Below, piece by piece: positions 17,043-27,318 of a stretch of DNA of 37,921 nucleotides. Source of the DNA: an uncultured Nitrososphaeria archaeon (GTDB lineage Archaea > Thermoproteota > Nitrososphaeria_A > Caldarchaeales > Wolframiiraptoraceae); NCBI GenBank assembly GCA_964451435.1, contig CAYVHW010000002.1, positions 1 to 37,921 on the forward strand, in the 5' to 3' direction. The translations under genes were made by a program, and so were the position numbers. The stretch's first letter is position 1. Each line of letters starts with the position of its first letter. A model generated the notes under the pieces. That model saw only the letters and a program-made list of their open reading frames with translations, searched no databases and was not told the origin of the DNA.

Positions 17043-17079
17043 CAATCCCTTATATCTCCCTATCCCCCAACTGAGCCGG

Positions 17080-17793
17080 ATGAATAGGTCTAGGTCTTTG
17101 ACGGCGGCAAAGCTCGCGCTCTCGACAGCCCTAGTCATGGCCTCAACCATGGCTATAAACGTCTATGTTCCAGCGACCCGCGGATACTTCAATCTAGGCG
17201 AGTGTATGATCTACTTGACCGCCCTCCTCTTCGACCCGCTCACCGCCGCCTTCGCCAGCGGGGTCGGATCAGCCCTAGCAGACATAGCTTTAGGATACTT
17301 GATCTATGCTCCGGCGACCCTAGTGATTAAGGCCGTTGAGGGGGCTGTCGCCTCTAAGCTCGCTGAGAAGATTAAGGCTAGAGGTGAGCGCATCCTCCTA
17401 CCCATGGCCCTCTTGGTCGTGGCTGGATACTTCACCCTCATACTCATAATCGGATATACATTATTCGCTGGAGAGGTCGAGTTCACCCTCGCAAACCTCT
17501 TCGTGGTCAAGGGATTTCTAAGCCCAGCGGCGTGGATCCCAATAGCATTTGCCGCAACCACCATCCCACTCTATCTAACCCTTAGGAGGAGTGGTGAGGG
17601 CCTGCTCATCGCCGCACTACTCCTAGCCGGCCTCATAATGATCTCCGGATACTTCATCTATGAGCAATTGATCCTAGGCTATTATGCGTTGGCAGAGGTT
17701 CCCGTGAATCTTGGGCAAGCGGTTCTCGGAACGGCGATCGCAGTCCCACTCTATAAGGCTGTTCAGAAGGTTAAGGGAAGATGGAGATTCTGA
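17080..17793 (+). CDS. ECF-transporter S-component-like integral membrane protein
   Basis: About 6 TM segments. INVYVPATRGYFNLGECMIYLTALLF...GSALADIALGY resembles solitary ECF substrate-binding components. ATG at 17080 lies inside track ORF 17005..17793. Confidence 0.55.
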   Translation: MNRSRSLTAAKLALSTALVMASTMAINVYVPATRGYFNLGECMIYLTALLFDPLTAAFASGVGSALADIALGYLIYAPATLVIKAVEGAVASKLAEKIKARGERILLPMALLVVAGYFTLILIIGYTLFAGEVEFTLANLFVVKGFLSPAAWIPIAFAATTIPLYLTLRRSGEGLLIAALLLAGLIMISGYFIYEQLILGYYALAEVPVNLGQAVLGTAIAVPLYKAVQKVKGRWRF

Positions 17794-17857
17794 ACCTATT
17801 TAACGTTCTCGGAAACCGTTATATGGATGCTCTCTAAGATATTTCCGGAAGCCTGAA

Positions 17858-20032
17858 ATGGTTCGGAGGGAGCGTAGGAAAGAGGTTCAGCTGAGGGTCG
17901 CCGAAGCTCGTCAAAGAGATATTGGGAGGAAGATCGCTAGACTCGACAGCAGGGCGATTAGAGAGCTCGGCCTAAGCCCAGGAGATCTGGTCGAGATAAT
18001 TGGAAAGAGGTCCACGCTCGCGATAGTATGGCCACCATATAAGGAAGATGATGGAATGGGATTGATTAGGATAGATGGAGAGGTTAGGAGGAACGCGGGA
18101 GTCTCGGTTGGAGACTATGTTAGGGTTGCGAAGGCGAATGCGAGGCCCGCCACAAAGATAGTCTTAGCGCCATTCGAGTCCCTCCCATTCGTCGGAGACT
18201 TCGCGAGAATAGTTCGTAGCCAGCTCCTAAACCTCCCCGTGATGAAGGGAGACATAATAGTCATCCCGGTCTTGGGGATGGGCGTCGAGCTTAAGGTCAC
18301 TTCAACGAGTCCAACCAACGCCGTCATTGTGACGGAGAACACGGTCGTCGAGGTGAGCACAACACCTGTGAGGAGGGTTGAGGAGGTAGGCGGGGTAACC
18401 TATGAGGACATTGGAGGGCTTCATGAGGAGCTCCAGAGGATTAGAGAGATGGTTGAATTGCCTCTAAAGCATCCAGAGCTATTTAGACATCTTGGAATAG
18501 ATCCGCCGAAGGGAGTCATCTTATACGGGCCGCCTGGATGCGGAAAGACCTTGATAGCTAAGGCGATAGCGAATGAGACCGGAGCCCACTTCATCTCGAT
18601 AAATGGGCCTGAGATAATGAGCAAGTTCTATGGCGAGAGCGAGGCGAGGCTTAGGGAGGTATTCCAAGAAGCCGAGCAAAACGCTCCAAGCATAATCTTC
18701 ATCGACGAGCTAGATGCGATCGCCCCGAAGCGTGGAGAGGTGACGGGAGAGGTTGAGCGTAGAGTGGTCTCCCAGCTCCTAACCCTAATGGATGGATTGA
18801 AGACCAGGGGCCAAGTCATAGTGATAGGCGCAACGAATAGGATCGAGGCGGTCGACCCGGCTCTTAGGAGGCCTGGAAGATTCGATCGAGAGATTAGGAT
18901 AGGCGTCCCGGATAGGAATGGGAGGAAGGAGATATTCCAGATACATACTAGGAGGATGCCCCTAGCCGAGGATGTAGACCTAGATGAGTTGGCGGACATA
19001 ACCCATGGATTCACCGGAGCCGATATAGCGGCACTGTGTAGAGAGGCTGCGATGAGCGCGCTTAGGAGATTCCTGCCCAAGATAGATTTGGAGAAGGAGA
19101 CGATTCCGGCCGAGATCCTTGAGCAGATAAAGGTTACGAGAGAAGACTTCTCGAATGCCTTGAGGATAGTTCAGCCATCAGCCCTAAGAGAAGTCATCTT
19201 AGAGATACCGAATGTTAGGTGGGAGGATGTAGGAGACCTCGAGCAGGTCAAGCAGGAGTTGAGGGAGGCGGTTGAATGGCCCCTAAAGTATCCAGATGTC
19301 TTCAAGAGGCTTGGGATAAGACCTCCACGTGGAATCCTACTCTATGGCCCGCCAGGAACTGGTAAGACCTTACTCGCAAAGGCGGTTGCTACCGAGAGCG
19401 AGGCGAACTTCATCTCCGTCAAGGGTCCAGAGGTGTTGAGTAAGTGGGTCGGCGAATCCGAGAAGGCGATAAGGGAGATATTCAGGAAGGCTAGGGAGAC
19501 CGCTCCATGTATAATCTTCTTCGATGAGCTAGACGCGATCGCGCCTAGGAGGGGGATGCATACAGATGCGGGTGTAACCGACAGGATCGTCAACCAGATC
19601 TTGACGGAGATGGATGGGATCCAGATCCTTAAGGGCGTTGTCGTGATCGGGGCCACGAATAGACCCGACATCCTAGACCCAGCCCTACTCAGACCAGGAA
19701 GATTCGATAGGGTAATGTATGTTCCTCCGCCGGATGAGAGGGGTAGATACCAGATATTCCAGATACATACTAGGGAGATGCCGCTCGACGATGACGTCGA
19801 TTTGAGGAAGCTCGCCGAGATGACTGATGGATATACTGGAGCCGATATAGAGGCTGTCTGTAGGGAGGCCGCCCTAACGGCCGCGAGAGAGGACTTGAAT
19901 ATCAAGAAGGTCTCGATGAGACACTTCCTCGCCGCCCTAGAGAAGGTGAAGCCTAGCATAACACCTGAGCAGAGACGCGAGTATGAGAAGATCTTAACCG
20001 ACTTCAGGAGGTCGATGGCCTACATATCCTAA
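17858..20032 (+). CDS. cdc48: CDC48/VCP-like AAA+ ATPase, second paralog
   Basis: 724 aa, the same length as the first copy. GPPGCGKT and GPPGTGKT Walker A motifs, with DELDAIAP occurring twice. Confidence 0.95.
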   Translation: MVRRERRKEVQLRVAEARQRDIGRKIARLDSRAIRELGLSPGDLVEIIGKRSTLAIVWPPYKEDDGMGLIRIDGEVRRNAGVSVGDYVRVAKANARPATKIVLAPFESLPFVGDFARIVRSQLLNLPVMKGDIIVIPVLGMGVELKVTSTSPTNAVIVTENTVVEVSTTPVRRVEEVGGVTYEDIGGLHEELQRIREMVELPLKHPELFRHLGIDPPKGVILYGPPGCGKTLIAKAIANETGAHFISINGPEIMSKFYGESEARLREVFQEAEQNAPSIIFIDELDAIAPKRGEVTGEVERRVVSQLLTLMDGLKTRGQVIVIGATNRIEAVDPALRRPGRFDREIRIGVPDRNGRKEIFQIHTRRMPLAEDVDLDELADITHGFTGADIAALCREAAMSALRRFLPKIDLEKETIPAEILEQIKVTREDFSNALRIVQPSALREVILEIPNVRWEDVGDLEQVKQELREAVEWPLKYPDVFKRLGIRPPRGILLYGPPGTGKTLLAKAVATESEANFISVKGPEVLSKWVGESEKAIREIFRKARETAPCIIFFDELDAIAPRRGMHTDAGVTDRIVNQILTEMDGIQILKGVVVIGATNRPDILDPALLRPGRFDRVMYVPPPDERGRYQIFQIHTREMPLDDDVDLRKLAEMTDGYTGADIEAVCREAALTAAREDLNIKKVSMRHFLAALEKVKPSITPEQRREYEKILTDFRRSMAYIS

Positions 20033-20811
20033 CCGGGCTTAACTGGAGACAGCCCCGAATCCTCCAATAGCTTCACAAACCGCATCGCGTCATCTCTCAT
20101 CGAGACGTTATTGAATAATACGTAGATTTTTTCAGCGCCCTCCCCGATGAATCCCTCAACGGTCTTCAACAACTTCTCTAGATCGTCATCGGTATACTTG
20201 TATCTGTAATTCACCTCCCTCCCACCTATTCCATGGAGCCTTAGGTATGTTATTGGGCTGCTTGAGACGGGCTTACATCTAAATGGATCGACTATGTGGA
20301 TTAGGTTCACTTCATCGCATAGCTTCTTCACATCGTCGAGATGCTCCCTCCAATCCCCCCGAGGCTCCCATCCAATGATCAGGTTATCTCGCTCGATCGA
20401 GGAGAGGAATCTCCGCACGTTCTCCACGTTCTCCCTAGAGTACTTGAATGATGCCGGTGTTTGGATCACGCAGACCCTCGCCCTCATCGCCCTACATATC
20501 TCCAAGGTCTTCTCCCAAGCCTCAAGATTCTCCCTAGTCGGCCTCAGAAAACCATAGCGACTATGCTTTGATCTGGGAACCTCTATCCCAGCCCTCCTCC
20601 AAGTCGGGCTCGTCGGTGGATGGGTTATGGCCTGCCAAGCCTTCATCGTGAACTCGAAGCCTTCGGGAGCCTCCTCAACCCACTTGCTCACGGTCTTGGG
20701 CCTTGGGAGCTTGTAGAAGGTCTCCTGAACCTCGACCACGCTGAACTCCTTGAAGTATGCCCTCTTCCCACCCCTAACACACCATCCACAGCATCCAACC
20801 CTTATCTCCAT
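20029..20811 (-). CDS. DUF72 family protein
   Basis: [10 protein letters not shown]...[14 protein letters not shown]...YLRLHG is the DUF72 pattern. Its stop codon overlaps the stop of the convergent cdc48. Confidence 0.75.
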   Translation of the reverse strand: MEIRVGCCGWCVRGGKRAYFKEFSVVEVQETFYKLPRPKTVSKWVEEAPEGFEFTMKAWQAITHPPTSPTWRRAGIEVPRSKHSRYGFLRPTRENLEAWEKTLEICRAMRARVCVIQTPASFKYSRENVENVRRFLSSIERDNLIIGWEPRGDWREHLDDVKKLCDEVNLIHIVDPFRCKPVSSSPITYLRLHGIGGREVNYRYKYTDDDLEKLLKTVEGFIGEGAEKIYVLFNNVSMRDDAMRFVKLLEDSGLSPVKPG

Positions 20812-20894
20812 TCCAAAGATTAGACCTGTTCGGTGATTTATGACTTATCTCCGAAACTTCTCGAAGAGTATAACGAGACTCTTCTCAGGCTATA

Positions 20895-21989
20895 TCATTT
20901 AACCCTCCATGGGATGAATGGTGTTAGCTTGACCTCGGACAACCTCCTCTTTCCATGGATCTCGACCATTATCTCCTCGCCTTCCCTCGCTAAACTCGAT
21001 TTGATGTAGCCTAAGCCCACGCCAACCCCCAGACTATATGATAGGATTCCACTCGTCAACTCTCCCACAACCTCATCTCCATGAAGCATTCTATAGCCTC
21101 TTCTCGGAATCCCCCTCTCCCTCATCAAGACCCCGACCAAGAGCTTCTCGGCTCCATGCTTCATCCTCTTCTCTATCGCCTCCCTCCCTATGAAGTCGGG
21201 CTTTGAGAGATCCACCGCGTGCATAAGCCTAGCCTCAACCGGCGTAACGCTCTCATCCATGTCTTGACCATATAGCGGGTATCCAGCCTCGATCCTCAAG
21301 CTATCCCTCGTCGCCAATCCGCATGGAGTTGCGCCGAATCCAACTATCCTCTCCCAGATCTTCCTCAAGATGGCTTCATCCCAGCTCCAGATCATCAGCT
21401 CATACCCATTCTCGCCCGTGTATCCGCTTCTAGTCAAGATCGCCTTTAACCCATTAAGCTTAAGCTCGAATCCCGAGAACCACTTCATCCCCGATACATC
21501 GACTTCAACGAGCTTTGAGATCAGCTGGCTCGACTTAGGTCCTTGAACTGCGAAGAATGATGTCTTGAATGTTAGATCCTCTATCCTAACATTCATGTTC
21601 TCGGAGTTTGATTCGAGCCACTTTATTATCTTGTCGTGGGTTATGGCGTTTGATACCATTATGAACTCCTTGGCCTCCTTTGGATGCCTGAAGACCGTTA
21701 CATCATCCATTATCCCGCCATCATCCCTGCAGATGAGACAATACTTCATTCTCCCAGGCTTTATCTTCTCAACTCTCTTGGTCAAGATTTTTTGAAGAAG
21801 TTTCTCTGAGTCGTCTCCAGCTATCCTTATTCTAGTCATGTGGGTTACGTCGAATAAGCCTACATCGGATCTAGTTTTCAGGTGCTCCTCTCTATTGCTC
21901 GTAAACCAGAGCGGTGAACTCCATCCAGCGAACTCCCCTATCTCCGCCCCCCTCTCCCTATAGTAGTCGAGCAAGGGTATCTCCCTCAA
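20895..21989 (-). CDS. gcvT: Glycine cleavage system T protein (aminomethyltransferase)
   Basis: EFAGWSSPLWF, GLFDVTHMTRIRIAG, RSGYTGENGYEL. The TTG start overlaps the gcvPB stop (TTGA). Confidence 0.9.
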   Translation of the reverse strand: MREIPLLDYYRERGAEIGEFAGWSSPLWFTSNREEHLKTRSDVGLFDVTHMTRIRIAGDDSEKLLQKILTKRVEKIKPGRMKYCLICRDDGGIMDDVTVFRHPKEAKEFIMVSNAITHDKIIKWLESNSENMNVRIEDLTFKTSFFAVQGPKSSQLISKLVEVDVSGMKWFSGFELKLNGLKAILTRSGYTGENGYELMIWSWDEAILRKIWERIVGFGATPCGLATRDSLRIEAGYPLYGQDMDESVTPVEARLMHAVDLSKPDFIGREAIEKRMKHGAEKLLVGVLMRERGIPRRGYRMLHGDEVVGELTSGILSYSLGVGVGLGYIKSSLAREGEEIMVEIHGKRRLSEVKLTPFIPWRVK

Positions 21990-23506
21990 CCTCTCATCCT
22001 CCTATAAACTCTCCAGCTCGGGATCATCGTTTTAGGCCTGGATGCCCTGACCTCGTCCACCCTCCCAACCGCCATATTATAAGGAGCGTTCTTAACCTTC
22101 TCCGGATCCCTGTAAGCCTCATCTAAGACATTTTTGAGGGCCTCATAGAATCCATCGATCTCCCTCTTCGACTCGGTCTCGGTCGGCTCGACCATGAAAG
22201 CCTCATCGACTATTAATGGGAAGTAGATGGTTGGGGCGTGATAGCCATGATCGAGTAAGCGCTTCGCAACGTCGATCGCCCTCACTCCCGTCTCCTTGTA
22301 GAGTGGGTTGAGGCTCACGACGAACTCATGCTTCCTAGGCCTCTTCGGATCGAATGGGAGGCTGACACCCCTAAGCTTCTCAACCTTCCTCAAGAGATAA
22401 TTCGAGGCCAAGACGCTCATCTCAGCCACCCTCCTCAACCCATCCCCACCCATCCTCAAGAGATAAGCATAGGTCTTAACCAAGACCGAGAAGTTTCCAT
22501 GAAACATTTTCACCCTACCAACGGACCTCGGCCTATCATAATCCAGATAGTATTTGCCGCTCTCCTCATCATACTCGACGAGTGGGGGTGGTAGGAAGTC
22601 GACGAGCTTCTCCACAACCCCTATAGGCCCGGATCCAGGTCCGCCTCCACCATGTGGGGTTGAGAATGTCTTGTGGAGGTTTAGGTGGATTATGTCGAAT
22701 CCCATGTCCCCCGGCCTAACCTTTCCGAGTAGGGCGTTTAGGTTTGCTCCATCATAGTATAGTAGTCCATCAACTCCATGGATTAACTCGACGATCTTCT
22801 CGATATCCTTCTCGAAGATTCCTAGGGTGTTGGGGTTTGTGAGCATTATCCCGGCCACATCTTCATCGACCATCTTCTCAAGCTCCTCCACGTCGACGCA
22901 TCCATACTCATTACTCTTGACAACCCTCACCTCGAATCCGGCCATGGCCGCGCTCGCAGGATTTGTTCCATGGGCGGAGTCCGGCACGATCATAACCCTT
23001 CTATCCCTTCCCTTCGACCTATGATATTCTCGTATGATCAGGCATCCGAGGAACTCTCCATGAGCCCCCGCCGAGGGTTGGAATGAAAACCTATCCATCC
23101 CAGTGAGCCTCTTCAATAACTGCTCCAAGTCATAGAGGAGTTTTAGGCATCCTTGAACCGTCTCCGCTGGTTGGAGTGGATGGACATCGAGAACCTTCGG
23201 GCTCGACGCGACCTCCTCATTCAACACGGGATTATATTTCATCGTGCAGCTCCCAAGCGGATACATTCCAGTCGTTATCGAGTAGTTCATCTCGCTCAGC
23301 CTTGTGAAGTGTCTGACCACGTCAAGCTCGGAGAGCTCGGGGAGGTTGAGATCCTCTCTCCTAAGCTCTTCTGGAATCTCGTTTAAGGCTTCTTCAAGCG
23401 ATCTCTCAAGCTCAGGCTCAAGTTTGGGGAACTCAAATCCATGCGCTCCCGGCCTACTGAGCTCGAATATTAAAGGCTCCTCGAATCTCGCCTGCCTGAA
23501 CCTCAT
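21986..23506 (-). CDS. gcvPB: Glycine dehydrogenase (decarboxylating) subunit 2
   Basis: GSCTMKYNP, and HLNLHKTFSTPHGGGGPG containing the PLP Lys. ATG at 23506 (MRFRQARFEEP) overlaps the gcvPA stop (ATGA). The track ORF extends further, to 23578. Confidence 0.9.
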   Translation of the reverse strand: MRFRQARFEEPLIFELSRPGAHGFEFPKLEPELERSLEEALNEIPEELRREDLNLPELSELDVVRHFTRLSEMNYSITTGMYPLGSCTMKYNPVLNEEVASSPKVLDVHPLQPAETVQGCLKLLYDLEQLLKRLTGMDRFSFQPSAGAHGEFLGCLIIREYHRSKGRDRRVMIVPDSAHGTNPASAAMAGFEVRVVKSNEYGCVDVEELEKMVDEDVAGIMLTNPNTLGIFEKDIEKIVELIHGVDGLLYYDGANLNALLGKVRPGDMGFDIIHLNLHKTFSTPHGGGGPGSGPIGVVEKLVDFLPPPLVEYDEESGKYYLDYDRPRSVGRVKMFHGNFSVLVKTYAYLLRMGGDGLRRVAEMSVLASNYLLRKVEKLRGVSLPFDPKRPRKHEFVVSLNPLYKETGVRAIDVAKRLLDHGYHAPTIYFPLIVDEAFMVEPTETESKREIDGFYEALKNVLDEAYRDPEKVKNAPYNMAVGRVDEVRASRPKTMIPSWRVYRRMRG

Positions 23507-24879
23507 CCCTCCACAACCTCCTTGACTATGTTCACGTATTGGTCGATGTCCTGCTTCAAGTGTATCTCGGTCACGCATGTTAGGATGCTATTACCCAATT
23601 CATCGAACTCCCTGCTCAGATCTATTCCCCCAACGATCCCCTTCCCAAGAAGTTTTCTCAATAATTTGTGGGATGGATGTCCATCAACCTTGTAGGCGAA
23701 TTCCTTGAAGTGGGGTGCGTCGAATAATGGGGCTTTCACACCGCTTACCTCGGAGAGCTTTCTAATCATGTAATTGGTCCTCGCCAAGATCTGTCTCCCA
23801 AGCTCGACAACTCCATCCCTACCCAAGAGGCTTAGATACGTGGCCACCGCGACCGCGCATAAGGCTTGATTTGTGCAGATGTTGCTCGTCGCCCTCTCCC
23901 TCTTGATATGCTGCTCCCTCGATTGGAGGATCATACAGTAAGCCCTCTCATCACCCCTGAGAGTCTTAGTCATCCCTATCAACCTTCCAGGAAGCGAGTG
24001 GAGCAGTCTCGGCTCAAGCTTGCATCCGAGGATTCCGAGCAACGGCCCTCCGAAGCTCATCGGCAGTCCAAGCGGCTGGCCCTCCCCAACAACTATATCC
24101 GCTCCAAGCCTTCCCGGAGCCTCGAATACTCCGAGGGCGGTGGGATCGACTCCAACAATGAATAATGCGCCGACTTCATGAGCCAATTCGCCAACCGCCT
24201 TGATGTTCTTTGCGATGAATCCCAAGTATGATGGATATTCTATGTAGATGGCCGCTACATCTCGATCGAGTCTACCCTTAAGATCCTCAAGATCAACAAA
24301 TCCATCCTCAAGCTGCATATAATCCTCCAACCTCAATCCCATCCCAGACGAGTAGGTTGAAGCGACCTCCCGCCGTTGGGGTGAGATGTAGTGGGGGTAG
24401 AGGATTCTTCTGCGCCTAGTTACTCTGGCCGCCATCCTGAATGCTTCTCCGAGGGCTGTGGCCCAATCATACATCGAGGCATTGACCACATCTATCTCGA
24501 GGAGTTCTGCTAGGAGGCTTTGATACTCGAAGAGTGCTTGGAGAATTCCTTGAGACGCTTCAGGCTGGTATGGGGTGTAGGATGTGAAGAACTCGCTCCT
24601 CGAAACTATCTCCTTAACCGCCGATGGGATGTAGTGTGGCCAAGCCCCTCCACCTATAAACAGCTTAAGCTCGCCCATGTGCCTATTCTTTGAAAGAATC
24701 TCCTCGATCAGCTCCTTCACCTCCATCTCCGACCTCGGTGGCGGGAAATCGAACTTCTCCAAGAGATACTTCGATGGAATATCGCTATAGAGCTCGTCCA
24801 CATCCTTGACGCCGATCTCCCTCAACATCTCCCTTACTTCACCCTCGGTTAGAGCGATGTATGGTATCTTCCCACCCAT
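23503..24879 (-). CDS. gcvPA: Glycine dehydrogenase (decarboxylating) subunit 1
   Basis: FIGGGAWPHYIP, YTPYQPEASQG, SNICTNQAL. ATG at 24879; GTG at 24888 is an alternative start. Confidence 0.9.
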   Translation of the reverse strand: MGGKIPYIALTEGEVREMLREIGVKDVDELYSDIPSKYLLEKFDFPPPRSEMEVKELIEEILSKNRHMGELKLFIGGGAWPHYIPSAVKEIVSRSEFFTSYTPYQPEASQGILQALFEYQSLLAELLEIDVVNASMYDWATALGEAFRMAARVTRRRRILYPHYISPQRREVASTYSSGMGLRLEDYMQLEDGFVDLEDLKGRLDRDVAAIYIEYPSYLGFIAKNIKAVGELAHEVGALFIVGVDPTALGVFEAPGRLGADIVVGEGQPLGLPMSFGGPLLGILGCKLEPRLLHSLPGRLIGMTKTLRGDERAYCMILQSREQHIKRERATSNICTNQALCAVAVATYLSLLGRDGVVELGRQILARTNYMIRKLSEVSGVKAPLFDAPHFKEFAYKVDGHPSHKLLRKLLGKGIVGGIDLSREFDELGNSILTCVTEIHLKQDIDQYVNIVKEVVEG

Positions 24880-24971
24880 AGTTCTCACAATAACTTAGGT
24901 TTGAGACCGTATAATCGTTTCCAGAGAATTAAAGCAAAATAGATAATAGGATCCATGAATAGCATATCCGC

Positions 24972-25463
24972 ATGCTGAAGACAATCTATCTCATAAAGAA
25001 GAAGCCTGAGCTAAGCTTCCAAGACTTTAGAGAATATCTACTCAAAACCCACGCCCCAAACTATGGGAAGAAGCTGCCCGGACTCAAGAGCTACACGGTG
25101 AACATAGTTACCGGAGGATACATGCTCGAGGAGAGGCCATGCGATGGAATAGAGGAGCTTGAGTTCGATGATGAAGAATCGTTTCTAAAGGCGATGGAGA
25201 GCCCTGAGGGGAAAGCCGCGGCCGAAGACCTAATGAACGTCGCCGAGAAGGTCGACATAGTCTTCCTAGAGGAGAAGGTTGTAAAGAAGCCCAGAGCCAA
25301 GCCCGCTAAGAAGAAACCTGCCAAGAAGAAGGCTGCGAAGAAACCGAAGAAGGTGAAACGTAAGAAGGCTGTTAAGAAGAAGGCCGCCAAGAGGAAAGTG
25401 AAGGCTAAGAAGAAGACGAAGAAGAAGGCGGGGAAGAGGAGGGCGCGTAAGAGAAAGAGATGA
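24972..25463 (+). CDS. EthD-domain protein with a C-terminal Lys/Ala/Pro-rich basic tail of about 58 aa
   Basis: The N-terminal ~100 aa (IYLIKKKPELSFQDFREYLLKTHAP...LKSYTVN) are EthD-like. The tail is KKPRAKPAKKKPAKKKAAKKPKKVKRKKAVKKKAAKRKVKAKKKTKKKAGKRRARKRKR. Confidence 0.65.
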   Translation: MLKTIYLIKKKPELSFQDFREYLLKTHAPNYGKKLPGLKSYTVNIVTGGYMLEERPCDGIEELEFDDEESFLKAMESPEGKAAAEDLMNVAEKVDIVFLEEKVVKKPRAKPAKKKPAKKKAAKKPKKVKRKKAVKKKAAKRKVKAKKKTKKKAGKRRARKRKR

Positions 25464-25622
25464 TGTCGATCTTAAGACCCCTTCAACCTCAAATAATTTT
25501 TACTTCTCGGTGAGCCGATACCTCTCCAAGAGATCTCCCGTTAAATCGGCTTAGCTTCTTTAAAGCGGGCCGCAACCCGCTAAAACTTAAAGCAACCTTC
25601 ACAACTGATATGGTGGTGGATT

Positions 25623-27077
25623 ATGTCGAGAGTTCCCTTAGAGAGGGTCGATGAATGCATCTGGAGGATACCCAAGCATAGACCAGATATGAGGGTTCCA
25701 GTCCTAATCTTCGCCTCCGAAGAACTGCTTGGAAAGATGAGGGAGGATAGAACTCTCTGGCAGGCCGCCAACGTCTCAACCCTACCGGGGATAGTGAAGC
25801 ATGTCGCGGTGCTACCGGATGCTCATGAAGGCTATGGCTTCCCGATCGGAGGCGTGGCGGCCACGGACTATGAGGAAGGCGTCATCACCCCTGGCGGGAT
25901 CGGATTTGACATAAACTGTGGGGTTAGGCTCATGGTCACAAACCTCGACGTCGGAGACGTTAAACCCAAGTTAAACGAGTTGATCGAAACCATCTTCAGA
26001 AATGTTCCATGCGGATTAGGATCTAGGAGAAAGGATTTCAGGGTGACTAAAGGCGAGCTGGATAGGATATCCGTTGAGGGGGCGAGATATATTATCGAGA
26101 AATTTGGTCTCGGATGGCCTGAAGACCTAAAGCATATCGAGGAAGAGGGGTGCTTAGAGGGAGCCGACCCAAGCTATGTTAGCGCGACTGCGAAGCAGAG
26201 AGGATTCCCGCAGATAGGCACTCTTGGAAGCGGAAACCACTTCCTAGAGGTTCAGAAGGTCGATAAGATATTCGATGAGAAGGCTGCGAAGAGGATGGGG
26301 ATAACCCATGAAGACCAAGTCACCGTGATGATCCACACTGGTAGCAGGGGATTCGGCCACCAGATCTGCAGCGACTATCTAAGGGTCATGGAGAGAGCTG
26401 CGGCCAAATATGGGATAAAGCTCCCGGATAGAGAGCTTGCATGCGCGCCGGCTAAGAGTAAGGAGGCTGAGAGCTATCTGAAGGCTTTTAGATGCGCCGT
26501 GAACTTCGCCTTCGCAAATCGTCAGGCCATAACCCACTGGGTTAGGCAGAGCTTTGAGCAGGTGTTTAAGAGGCCCGCCGAGTCCATGGATCTCAGACTT
26601 GTCTATGACGTCGCCCACAACATCGTGAAGCTCGAGGAGCACGTGGTCGATGGGGTTAGGAGAAAGCTTTGGGTTCATAGGAAGGGTGCTACTCGAAGCT
26701 TTCCAGCAGGTCACCCACTAGTCCCACAGGATTACAGGGATATAGGTCAGCCCGTCATCCTACCAGGATCTATGGGGACATCTAGCTGGCTCCTGCTCGG
26801 AAATGAGAGGGCTATGGAGATGACCTTTGGGAGCACCGCCCATGGAGCTGGGAGGATGATGAGTAGGGCTGCGGCGAAGAGAAAGTTTAGGGCGAGCCAG
26901 GTGATAGACCAGCTCCATAGAAAGGGTATAGTGATTAGGAGCGACAGCATGAGAACCGTGGCGGAGGAGGTGGACGCCGCATACAAGAACGTGGATATAG
27001 TCGCAGAGGTAAGCGATAAGGTTGGGATAGGGACGAAGGTCGCTAGACTCCTACCTCTGGGAGTCGTTAAGGGCTGA
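25623..27077 (+). CDS. rtcB: RNA-splicing ligase RtcB
   Basis: LPDAHEGYGFPIGGV, GGIGFDINCGVRL, GSGNHFLEVQ, HTGSRGFGHQ, HNIVKLEEH, HGAGR. Confidence 0.95.
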   Translation: MSRVPLERVDECIWRIPKHRPDMRVPVLIFASEELLGKMREDRTLWQAANVSTLPGIVKHVAVLPDAHEGYGFPIGGVAATDYEEGVITPGGIGFDINCGVRLMVTNLDVGDVKPKLNELIETIFRNVPCGLGSRRKDFRVTKGELDRISVEGARYIIEKFGLGWPEDLKHIEEEGCLEGADPSYVSATAKQRGFPQIGTLGSGNHFLEVQKVDKIFDEKAAKRMGITHEDQVTVMIHTGSRGFGHQICSDYLRVMERAAAKYGIKLPDRELACAPAKSKEAESYLKAFRCAVNFAFANRQAITHWVRQSFEQVFKRPAESMDLRLVYDVAHNIVKLEEHVVDGVRRKLWVHRKGATRSFPAGHPLVPQDYRDIGQPVILPGSMGTSSWLLLGNERAMEMTFGSTAHGAGRMMSRAAAKRKFRASQVIDQLHRKGIVIRSDSMRTVAEEVDAAYKNVDIVAEVSDKVGIGTKVARLLPLGVVKG

Positions 27078-27084
27078 GAAGCTT

Positions 27085-27318
27085 ATGGAGGAGAGGCTCA
27101 TCTTCTCAACCCTAGCATTTTTGGGAATAATACTCATAATTACAGGGATAATCCTAGTGCTCTTACCAGCGATCCTGAAGCTTGGCCTGAGGATTGACAA
27201 ACTTCATCCACTACTCTTCATGGGCAAGAGGATGGATGGCATCTATATAGGAACCTCTCCGATAATAATCATAATCCTCGTCGCGATCTACCTAGCCTTC
27301 ATCCTACTTAGGAGGTAG
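27085..27318 (+). CDS. Small two-TM membrane protein, hypothetical
   Basis: 77 aa with two hydrophobic segments, starting 8 nt after rtcB. Confidence 0.4.
   Translation: MEERLIFSTLAFLGIILIITGIILVLLPAILKLGLRIDKLHPLLFMGKRMDGIYIGTSPIIIIILVAIYLAFILLRR

Noticed and set aside
18115-19959. Minus-strand ORFs 18115..18360, 18421..18624, 18628..19080 and 19342..19959 inside the second cdc48.
   Set aside because: Antisense shadow ORFs of a confidently identified gene, with low-complexity S/A/L-rich translations.
25284-25460. A purine-rich aag/aaa-dominated tract that looks like a tandem DNA repeat.
   Set aside because: There is no fixed repeat unit. It is in-frame low-complexity coding sequence (the Lys-rich tail) and is reported as a protein feature instead.
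25456-25622. A possible C/D-box sRNA. The C-box-like gatgatgt lies at about 25459, and the same gatgatgtcga string also occurs near 12852. There is also a small hairpin gcgggccgcaacccgc.
   Set aside because: No D box (ctga) lies at the expected 50-70 nt spacing, and there are no C'/D' boxes. The 11-nt recurrence falls inside coding sequence at both places and is most simply chance.
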